A stretch of DNA of 13,914 bases from an uncultured archaeon. Lineage in GTDB: Archaea; Asgardarchaeota; Heimdallarchaeia; Heimdallarchaeales; Heimdallarchaeaceae. Where the stretch lies: contig CAZJUB010000071.1 in NCBI GenBank assembly GCA_964549075.1, forward strand, positions 1 through 13,914, written 5' to 3'. The position numbers and the translations under genes were made by a program. This document shows, piece by piece, positions 1-7,289 of this stretch; position 1 is the first letter of the stretch, and each line of letters begins with the position of its first letter. The notes beneath the pieces are model-generated. The model saw only the letters and a list, made by a program, of their open reading frames with translations, made no database searches and was not told the DNA's origin.

Positions 1-1
1 A

Positions 2-166
2 CCAACAAATCTTGCATCAAGAATGATATATCATGTAATGATTTATGGTCAATCATTTTCTGACTTGACTTTTGAGTTTGTATCGTTGATAATTGTAACA
101 TTGATTTATTTAACAATTGGATTAGTACTTATCTCATTGTTCAAATTAAGACCAAAAAAAGAATAA
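2..166 (+). CDS. C-terminal fragment of an ABC-2-type transporter permease (gene starts left of the window)
   Basis: Frame 2 is open from the window edge: PTNLASRMIYHVMIYGQSFSDLTFEFVSLIIVTLIYLTIGLVLISLFKLRPKKE*, with TAA at 164-166. The P-T..A...(V)M..G..F.DL pattern, final TM helix and basic tail resemble ABC-2 permease C-termini. Confidence 0.6.
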   Translation, partial: PTNLASRMIYHVMIYGQSFSDLTFEFVSLIIVTLIYLTIGLVLISLFKLRPKKE

Positions 167-171
167 ATGAA

Positions 172-210
172 ATGTTTCCTTGAAGGAACATCTCTTTATT
201 TTTATTTTAG
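172..210 (+). terminator. Putative hairpin plus T-rich tract between convergent genes
   Basis: ATGT(T)TCCT-TGA-AGGAACAT at 172-191, followed by CTCTTTATTTTTATTTTAG, just after the permease stop. Confidence 0.35.
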
Positions 211-242
211 GATGAAGTACGAAACAATTTTAGATTGACTAA

Positions 243-422
243 TTATTCTTTCTTGCTAGGTATCAAATAGACTGAACCAGTCCATAGAGCAATTACTACA
301 GCAACAAACACTAGTATCATACCTATCCACCAGACATCTGATGCAAAGATTATCAGTAAAACTCCTGCAGTTAAAAATCCGATTATCATTAATGTTATAT
401 AAAGTAAATTATTTTTCTCCAA
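243..422 (-). CDS. Small 59-aa two-TM membrane protein (not in the ORF track)
   Basis: Manual translation: MEKNNLLYITLMIIGFLTAGVLLIIFASDVWWIGMILVFVAVVIALWTGSVYLIPSKKE*. TTG start at 422 with AGGAG upstream, two hydrophobic helices, TAA stop. Confidence 0.7.
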   Translation of the reverse strand: MEKNNLLYITLMIIGFLTAGVLLIIFASDVWWIGMILVFVAVVIALWTGSVYLIPSKKE

Positions 423-519
423 CTGTTACATCTCCTATTTAGGTGATATTTCTATCTTTTACTTTCATATATAAAATTTAGCTAAACTTCATCGATAGAA
501 AAAAGAAAAAAAGAGAGTA

Positions 520-830
520 TTATCTAGTCAAAGCTCTTTCAACCATTCGTGCATGCCAAATCGCTAGTTTATTGTTCAATTGTAAAACTGAAGGCATCAT
601 AAGCAATCCTACAAGAACAGCTACAACCAACATTACTATTATTCCCCAAGTAGGAAAGTGTAGAAGAATCAAATTATTCCACGCATTCTCCTGTATTTAA
701 CTAGTATTGTACTATAAAATGGAACTCCAATCAGTCCTGTAACTACTGAAAGTAATGTTGTCCTGACAGCAAAGATAAAGGTTCCTATGGAAGTGCTAAG
801 AGCATCGAATAGACGAGTGACTTACCAATT
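520..830 (-). pseudogene. Frameshifted remnant of a membrane protein resembling the putative sensor domain (PF13796-like)
   Basis: Three collinear segments in different frames: KSLVYSMLLALP / IGTFIFAVRTTLLSVVTGLIGVPFYS / ENAWNNLILLHFPTWGIIVMLVVAVLVGLLMMPSVLQLNNKLAIWHARMVERALTR* (TAA at 520-522). Family resemblance is from memory. Confidence 0.45.
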
Positions 831-1005
831 CTTCCTCGTAAGTCATAACCTTTGCTTTTGAAAGATATATTTAAGTTCTTCTCACATTATATTTCTATTT
901 TAATGAAATCTATCTTCTGTTTTTCTCTTTTTAAGATACTAATTTTGAAGAGTACATTAAGTATATTACACAAAATTTTATTAGACTTAGATTTAAAAAC
1001 ACAAG

Positions 1006-2322
1006 ATGGTATCCACAAAGATTGTAATCATAGGAGCAGGTAGTTTACAGTTTGGTTTAGGGACATGTGGCAGTATTTTTGCTTCAGAGATTTTAGATGG
1101 TGCTACTGTTAGTTTGCATGACATAAATGCAATTAATTTAGATTATGCTAGAAAAGCATGTCAGGCAAAAATAGATCAAGATGATTTAAATTTCAATGTT
1201 GAAGCTACAACTGAACGTAAAGAAGCTTTGAAGAATGCTGATTTCATTGTAAACTCTATTGAAGTTGGACCTAGATTTTATTGGTGGGAATTAGATAAGA
1301 AAATCCCAAGGAGATATGGAAGTCCTCAAGTCTTTGGGGAAAATGGTGGTCCTGGAGGAATGTTTCACTCAATGAGAATAATTCCACCAATATTAGATAT
1401 CTGTGAAGATATAACTAAGATTTGTCCTAATGCTACGTTCATCAATTATTCTAATCCTATGCACAGAATCCTTCTGGCTATCAAAAGAAGATATCCTAAA
1501 CTCAAAGCTGTCGGTCTTTGTCACGAAATTGCCTCAGCTGAATATCTTTTACCTAAAATATTGAAATTACCTTTTGAAAAAATGGATTTGTGGTGCGGAG
1601 GATTGAATCATATGGGAGCCATTATCAAAGCTCAAAATAAAGAAACTCATGAAGATTTAATTCCTGAAATCTTTGAAAAAGGAATTAAATTCTTAAAAAG
1701 ATGGAAATGGAGTATTCCTTCAAGATTGATGCATCCAGTTGGTCTGGCACTATATATTTTAGAAAACTTTGGCTATCTACCTTACACAAATGACTCTCAT
1801 TATGGGGAATATATCGGTTGGGCAAGAGAAGTTTCTAATATGAGAGGTATCAAAAATTTCTACAATTTTTACAAGTTCTCAGTGGATTTTAGCAGATATC
1901 AAATTAAAAGGAAAATTAGGAGAAAGAAAGGTCATAAATTAGTGAAACTTGACCATGAAAGAGCAATTCCTATTATTGAAGGGATTATTTCAGATAGTAA
2001 CCATCAAGAATTATCAGTTAATCTACCAAATGATAGAATTATAACAAACTTACCAGAAGATCTTGTAATTGAATGTCCAGCGATAGTAAATAACTCAGGT
2101 GTAAAAGGTATCCCTCTTGGAGATTATCCTGTACCTTTAGTTAATTTACTAAATGAGGAAGCTAATGTACAAGATTTAGTTGTTAAAGCTATACTCAACA
2201 ATTCTCGTGATTACGCTATAAAAGCTCTTCAAGCAGATAACAACTTTCCTAGAAAACATTTAATTGAACCTTTTCTTGATGAAATGTTAGATCTTCAAAA
2301 AGAATGGATTAAATTGGAATAA
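1006..2322 (+). CDS. Family 4 glycoside hydrolase (NAD+/Mn2+-dependent, alpha-galactosidase/alpha-glucosidase-like)
   Basis: Rossmann motif KIVIIGAGS, plus GENGGPGG, NYSNPM, GLCHE (metal Cys), GLNH and a C-terminal VNLPNxxxITNLPxDxVIExP. TTTTATTA at 976-983 lies 22 nt before the ATG. Confidence 0.93.
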   Translation: MVSTKIVIIGAGSLQFGLGTCGSIFASEILDGATVSLHDINAINLDYARKACQAKIDQDDLNFNVEATTERKEALKNADFIVNSIEVGPRFYWWELDKKIPRRYGSPQVFGENGGPGGMFHSMRIIPPILDICEDITKICPNATFINYSNPMHRILLAIKRRYPKLKAVGLCHEIASAEYLLPKILKLPFEKMDLWCGGLNHMGAIIKAQNKETHEDLIPEIFEKGIKFLKRWKWSIPSRLMHPVGLALYILENFGYLPYTNDSHYGEYIGWAREVSNMRGIKNFYNFYKFSVDFSRYQIKRKIRRKKGHKLVKLDHERAIPIIEGIISDSNHQELSVNLPNDRIITNLPEDLVIECPAIVNNSGVKGIPLGDYPVPLVNLLNEEANVQDLVVKAILNNSRDYAIKALQADNNFPRKHLIEPFLDEMLDLQKEWIKLE

Positions 2323-2332
2323 GGTAAGATTT

Positions 2333-3448
2333 TCATTCTTGCTGAAAAATATCACCTGTGTTGAGAACAAGCTCATCACACATTTTTTTCTCAGCACCTT
2401 GCCAGAGAATCACATTTGAGAATTTCACAGGTAATTCATGAGCATTCAGTATATCTTGTCCATCTAAGAATTGATAGTGCAAATGAGAATATACATTGGA
2501 AGCTCCAGAGAATCCTACTTTAGCGATTTCTTGATTTCTTTTTACAAAATCTCCTTCTTTTACTATACAACTACCTTTCAGTAGATGATAAAGATGGCTA
2601 TACTCAGTTTTGTTGTGTTTAATAACTATATAATTTCCAGCTAATTCTATCTCTTTTCTATCTTCCATCGCTTTTGTGAAATCAAATGGCTCATCGTAAA
2701 GGTCTTCTAAATTATTAACTACTTTAACCACCTCTCCATCTGCGGGAGCATATACTTTTGCTTTATGGGTATAGAATTTCTTTATATCAGTAAAATGAAA
2801 GTCATAATTCTTATCTCTTTCATCTTCTTTCATTTTTCTTAAATTTCCATCATCACCTAAAACAGAGAAATCTATTCCAAATCTATTAAAATTAGTTTGG
2901 AATATCCCATTGGTAGCTTCTTTTAAGATGCTTAATGCAACTCTTCGATGGTGAGAATAAAAATCGTTACCATCCAAAATTACAAGTTTACCTTTAAGGG
3001 GAAGGGATAATTTTACTTTTTGAATATATTTAACAGGTTTAACTCTTATATCTCCATAGTAGAATTCGTCTTTCGTATCTTTATCGACAAAAGTAAACAT
3101 ATAACGTAGATACTCTATAGGTGTGTCTTTTGAAAATCTGTAAAATGGATTGAATAAATCCAAATTTTCTTTGCCTTTTAAATCATATTTACCTAGAGTG
3201 TAAATACTAGGATTTCCTACTCCATTATGATTTAAATGTCTAAAAGTTATTAATTGATCTTTCTTATCATAAATAGCAACTTTGATGAATTTGACGAGTA
3301 GATTTCTATCTGTTAAACCTTGAAGAAGGAAATCGAAATTTAAAATAAATGAATTCTTCTCTTCAACTAAATAAACTGTTTCAGGTTCAATTTTAATGGA
3401 AACAACTTCTTCTTTTGATGAATGTGATGAAAGAAAATCTTCAAACAT
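2333..3448 (-). CDS. M23-family metallopeptidase domain protein with an N-terminal extension
   Basis: FGIDF, VYAPADGEVVKV, GNYIVIKH, YSHLYHL, VKEGDFVKRNQEIAKVGFSG and the HLH zinc motif. No signal peptide. TGA stop. Confidence 0.85.
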   Translation of the reverse strand: MFEDFLSSHSSKEEVVSIKIEPETVYLVEEKNSFILNFDFLLQGLTDRNLLVKFIKVAIYDKKDQLITFRHLNHNGVGNPSIYTLGKYDLKGKENLDLFNPFYRFSKDTPIEYLRYMFTFVDKDTKDEFYYGDIRVKPVKYIQKVKLSLPLKGKLVILDGNDFYSHHRRVALSILKEATNGIFQTNFNRFGIDFSVLGDDGNLRKMKEDERDKNYDFHFTDIKKFYTHKAKVYAPADGEVVKVVNNLEDLYDEPFDFTKAMEDRKEIELAGNYIVIKHNKTEYSHLYHLLKGSCIVKEGDFVKRNQEIAKVGFSGASNVYSHLHYQFLDGQDILNAHELPVKFSNVILWQGAEKKMCDELVLNTGDIFQQE

Positions 3449-3527
3449 ACTTTATTTGAATAGATGAGCTTTAAGAGTTTTGTCTAGATAAATTGTGAAA
3501 AACTCCAAATAAATCTTCAAGAATCTT

Positions 3528-4382
3528 TTATTGCTTTAATTTATCATGCAATTCTATTAGTTTTTGTTGAGCTAAAGACCGTACTTTAATTGAAGCTCCC
3601 TTTTGACCAATTGTCTTTAGGATTTCTATTTGTTGTTCAATTGTTTTCTCATAACTTATCATTTCTTCCCAATACTTGAACCACAAATCTTCTCTTTCCT
3701 CTTTGCATAAATTTTTGCTTAGTTGTTTCTTTCTCTTTTCAATTAAAGTGTTAATATCTAATATTATAGGTACTAGTTTTTTCATTTTTTGAGAAATATT
3801 TTTTTTATTTGAGTGAATCAATCTGACTTCATGACCTTTAGAAACTATTTCCTTTATCATTTCAATATAACCTCCATCACCTGATATCAAGATTATAACT
3901 AGACCTTCAGGATGTTCAGAACAAAACCTTAAACAGCTTTTCTTTAATTTTTTGTCAGTTGCCTGTTTTTCAGCTGATATTGTTCTGATTATCTTAAAAT
4001 CAGCTTCTTTCAAAATTGATAAATGAGGATTGATATGAGATTCTATACCATAGACATTCTTAGTAAGAACATTATAGTATCTCTTTGAAGGTTGAATTAA
4101 CTTTAGAAAAATCTCTGCAGATATTTTATTTTTAGGTAAAGCGAAATTTTCGAAATCCCAGAAAATAGCGGCCTTAGTTTTTTTTCCGATATTTAAGATT
4201 CGATCCGATAAATTCTTTTCAAAAGGATACAAAATCTCTTGAGCAATCATATCAAGGTTATCTACAAATTTCTTTAAGTAAGAACCTAGATTGTTTAAAA
4301 ATTCTTCAGTATCTTTTTTTCTCTCCCCCCAACCTTTTTCCTTGACTTCATCTGATGTATTAGTATTATTTTCCACAAACAT
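3528..4382 (-). CDS. NYN (PIN-like, LabA/limkain-b1 type) domain protein
   Basis: AIFWDFEN, KQATDKKL, IILISGDGGY and GHEVRLI, flanked by charged helical regions. Confidence 0.85.
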   Translation of the reverse strand: MFVENNTNTSDEVKEKGWGERKKDTEEFLNNLGSYLKKFVDNLDMIAQEILYPFEKNLSDRILNIGKKTKAAIFWDFENFALPKNKISAEIFLKLIQPSKRYYNVLTKNVYGIESHINPHLSILKEADFKIIRTISAEKQATDKKLKKSCLRFCSEHPEGLVIILISGDGGYIEMIKEIVSKGHEVRLIHSNKKNISQKMKKLVPIILDINTLIEKRKKQLSKNLCKEEREDLWFKYWEEMISYEKTIEQQIEILKTIGQKGASIKVRSLAQQKLIELHDKLKQ

Positions 4383-4500
4383 ACATCTCTTCCACTAAAT
4401 CAGATTAGAATTAACCACACACTATAAAATAATTTCTCAATTTTCCATTTAAAAAGGATTTTCATAAAAATTTAGAAAAATGAAAAAGGTGTGAAAAATA

Positions 4501-5976
4501 TTACAATTTCCTAATAATTTTGGATTTTTTTCTTTTGTGATTCATAGCTGGAAATATAATTAACAGAGATATAATCAGTGTTACTAGTATTATGTTAGAA
4601 GATTGTGGTAGTTCAGGTATAATAACAAAATCGTTGACATGATAGATAGGTGAGATAGTTGTAACAGGTATAAGAGATATACCGATATCCGAAATTTTCC
4701 AATACATCACTTGAAAACCATTATTTCCATCATTAACAAACCAAGTTAACCATAAATCGTTATTCATATCCACGATACATTGAAATTCTAGTATATCAGG
4801 TCCATAAAAGTACGATGAATTACTCGCAATAATCAATATCGGTCCAGCATCATAAATAATGGTACCATTAACATCATATTTTCTGTACTGAAACTCTTGA
4901 TCTTCATGAGTATAGTAATCTCCTAAAATAGGAAAATTATATACCAAAGATTGGTCACGAGAAAGAGTACCAATTCTCAAAACTAATTCAACCTGATGTA
5001 TTATTGATCCTGTAGAATTGATTTCATAATAGGTATAGACATGATCTTGTAACCAAGAGAGATATAACTTGCTTTCAAACAGATGTATTACTGAATCAGT
5101 CAAAAATTTTGTGTCATTGTAATAAATTTTTTTATTGAATATTTGACTTATGTTTCCATCATTAAAAGAGAATTTTGTTAGATAAATGGAGTCATAAGAT
5201 TTGATACTTGTTACGTAAGTGTTATTCAAATTATCAATTACAAGAGAATCAGAGGAATTTGATAATCTAAAATAATCTATAGCATTTCCATCGTTATCAA
5301 GATAAAAATAATATATAGAATTGAAAAGAAAGTGAATATTAGAAAATTCATCAACCACCAAGCTATCAATGTAACTTGATGCAAAAGGGCTAGAGCTAAA
5401 ACCTGATAATATCTTCTTTGAAAATATTATTTTTGTATCTACTAATGTTTCCAAGTTTTTATCTAATTTTTTATAATAAAGATAATCATATTGATCTCCT
5501 ACAGAAGAACCATTTGTATACATAAGATACCATAGAAAATGAAGATTGTATTCTGAATCAACAATAAAACTAACATCGCTTGTTGCAGTTACACCTGGTA
5601 ATAGATCTGTTTTTGTATAGAGTAACACACTTTCATCTTTTAACGAACCATCCAAATTGAGTTCTTGAATATACACTGTTTCATCAAAATCATAAACAAC
5701 AAAAGTAGCGTTAAATGATGTTTGTGTTTCTTTCCAAGTTAAGAAAATTCTGTTTTCGTTTGTACAGATTATTCGTGGTTCATCTACATTTGCAGTTTCA
5801 CCAATTATTTCAATACCTATTGGCTCAGTTGAACCTGCAAAACAATTACTATGCTCTTTTGAAGACACAAGTACAGTTTGTTCAGATATGGTTTTAATAG
5901 AAAAAAGAGAACCAAATATAACAATAATCATCATAAAAAATTTTAGTTTTTTAGTCGATTTAAGCAAACGCAACAT
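4501..5976 (-). CDS. Secreted, C-terminally anchored surface protein (paralog 1) with a PEF-CTERM-like tail
   Basis: Basic plus hydrophobic N-terminal signal, beta-rich body with many N-x-S/T sequons, C-terminal IIPEL + TM helix + KRKKSK. Collinear similarity to 10592..12070. Confidence 0.8.
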   Translation of the reverse strand: MLRLLKSTKKLKFFMMIIVIFGSLFSIKTISEQTVLVSSKEHSNCFAGSTEPIGIEIIGETANVDEPRIICTNENRIFLTWKETQTSFNATFVVYDFDETVYIQELNLDGSLKDESVLLYTKTDLLPGVTATSDVSFIVDSEYNLHFLWYLMYTNGSSVGDQYDYLYYKKLDKNLETLVDTKIIFSKKILSGFSSSPFASSYIDSLVVDEFSNIHFLFNSIYYFYLDNDGNAIDYFRLSNSSDSLVIDNLNNTYVTSIKSYDSIYLTKFSFNDGNISQIFNKKIYYNDTKFLTDSVIHLFESKLYLSWLQDHVYTYYEINSTGSIIHQVELVLRIGTLSRDQSLVYNFPILGDYYTHEDQEFQYRKYDVNGTIIYDAGPILIIASNSSYFYGPDILEFQCIVDMNNDLWLTWFVNDGNNGFQVMYWKISDIGISLIPVTTISPIYHVNDFVIIPELPQSSNIILVTLIISLLIIFPAMNHKRKKSKIIRKL

Positions 5977-5997
5977 GCAAAAGTATAGTTACAAATA

Positions 5998-6010
5998 CTT
6001 ATAAAGTTAT
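5998..6010 (-). promoter_or_regulatory. Archaeal TATA box for a probable leaderless transcript of 4501..5976
   Basis: Minus strand reads ATAAC-TTTATAAG, with the box 22-29 nt upstream of the ATG at 5976. Confidence 0.5.
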
Positions 6011-6037
6011 TTTGAAGAGATTTTTAACTCTTTTATT

Positions 6038-6676
6038 TTAAGTCTCAAGTGATTCAATAAATTTTTGTAGTTTTTTTAATACGAAAAAGAAATATTCTTC
6101 TAAGGTACCAAAATAAGGTATTTTTTCAATTGTTCCAAAAGAATCAGTTTGTGTTGAAAAAGCTGTTCCAAAAATGATACTCCATGTAAAATAAGCTAAT
6201 TTTGTTGTTTCTCTCTCGCGAATTTCTCCATTTTTAGATGCTGTAGTGTAAATATCTTTAAGAATCTTTATGGTTTTTATCTCATAATGCTTTTCTATAG
6301 GTCCTTTTTTTAAAGATTTAGGAGCGCTAGTTTTGAAAATCAACCTGAAATTTCTGTAGTCTTCGATTATAGAATCAAAATAGATTTTAGCAATTTGAAC
6401 AGGTAAATCGACATACTTGCCTTTGTAGTTTTTAATATGTTCATCAATTTTATTTTCAACTTGCTCAAAATCCTCTTCAACTATTGCAAACCAAAGCTCT
6501 CTTTTACTTTCAAAATAAGTATATAAGCTAGCTTGACCCATATCCAACTCGTTAGCTAAAGCTCTTAAAGTAAAACCTCCAACACCATATCTAAGAAAGA
6601 GCTCTCTTCCTTTATGTATAATATCGTTGAAAATTTTCTGTTTAGCTATAGTAGATCTAGCTCTTGAATGTTTCAC
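6038..6676 (-). CDS. TetR/AcrR family transcriptional regulator
   Basis: N-terminal HTH: GRELFLRYGVGGFTLRALANELDMGQASLYTYFESKRELW. Helical C-terminal domain. TTTAAAAA box at 6705-6698 upstream of the GTG. Confidence 0.93.
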   Translation of the reverse strand: MKHSRARSTIAKQKIFNDIIHKGRELFLRYGVGGFTLRALANELDMGQASLYTYFESKRELWFAIVEEDFEQVENKIDEHIKNYKGKYVDLPVQIAKIYFDSIIEDYRNFRLIFKTSAPKSLKKGPIEKHYEIKTIKILKDIYTTASKNGEIRERETTKLAYFTWSIIFGTAFSTQTDSFGTIEKIPYFGTLEEYFFFVLKKLQKFIESLET

Positions 6677-6710
6677 AAATTATAAAAAGAGTTGTTGTTT
6701 TTAAAGCTTT

Positions 6711-6733
6711 TTAAAAGAACATTGTTCGTTTAA
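6711..6733. promoter_or_regulatory. Candidate TetR operator (23-bp palindrome)
   Basis: TTAAAAGAACA-T-TGTTCGTTTAA: 11-bp arms with one mismatch, immediately upstream of the tetR TATA-like box. Confidence 0.55.
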
Positions 6734-6953
6734 TAAAAATATAATATAATTTCAGACAGAACTGGTGATTTTCCAATAAATAATAAGATCATCACAAATC
6801 ATCAAAAACTGCAATTTGTCCCAATAAGGATTTCTAAGAGGTTTTAGAGCTACATTTAGCTTTAAAAAACAATCAAATAATATACTTCTAATAGAAAGAT
6901 TAATAAAGGAACATTCACAAAGTTAACCGATTAATGACCGCTTATAAAGACAT

Positions 6954-7051
6954 TTGAGTGTGAACACAAAAAGTGTGTTAAAATACTCAATTTGCACAAG
7001 GGGGGGACTGAATTGAAGATCCCTTCTTGGTGAGTACATTAACAGAGGTGA
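6954..7051 (+). promoter_or_regulatory. Structured leader and Shine-Dalgarno site upstream of the Cys-rich ORF
   Basis: AACACA/TGTGTT (6963-6968/6974-6979). CAAG7A pairs with TCCCTTCTTG (6997-7007/7020-7029). TACTCA/TGAGTA (6984-6989/7031-7036). SD GAGGTGA at 7045-7051. CTTATAAA at 6941-6948. Confidence 0.45.
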
Positions 7052-7055
7052 TTGT

Positions 7056-7289
7056 ATGAAAAAATGTGAACACAAATGTGATAATTGCGGAGAAACATGG
7101 GAATGTTCTTACCCATATTATTCGGATTTCCAATATTTTAAGACATCAGTAGATAATGGTTACTATTGTAATTCTTTTTGTCCATCATGCCAGCAAGAAA
7201 AAAGAAATGAATTAGATTTGCTATTCGAGAATGTTTCTAAGACAGGTTATTTTAAAACATCTATTAACCATATCAAAGGAAAAACCTAG
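7056..7289 (+). CDS. 77-aa Cys-rich putative metal-binding protein (two CxxxCxxC motifs)
   Basis: Strong SD 4 nt before the ATG. C4xxxC8xxC11, C38xxxC42xxC45 and C17. Repeated YFKTS[V/I]. Abuts the downstream gene. Confidence 0.75.
   Translation: MKKCEHKCDNCGETWECSYPYYSDFQYFKTSVDNGYYCNSFCPSCQQEKRNELDLLFENVSKTGYFKTSINHIKGKT

Noticed and set aside
852-1043. 63-aa ORF from the track
   Set aside because: Low-complexity AT-rich translation that spans the GH4 promoter and overlaps its start out of frame. No SD or motif.
5715-5897. 60-aa + strand ORF
   Set aside because: Antisense shadow inside the paralog-supported surface protein gene.
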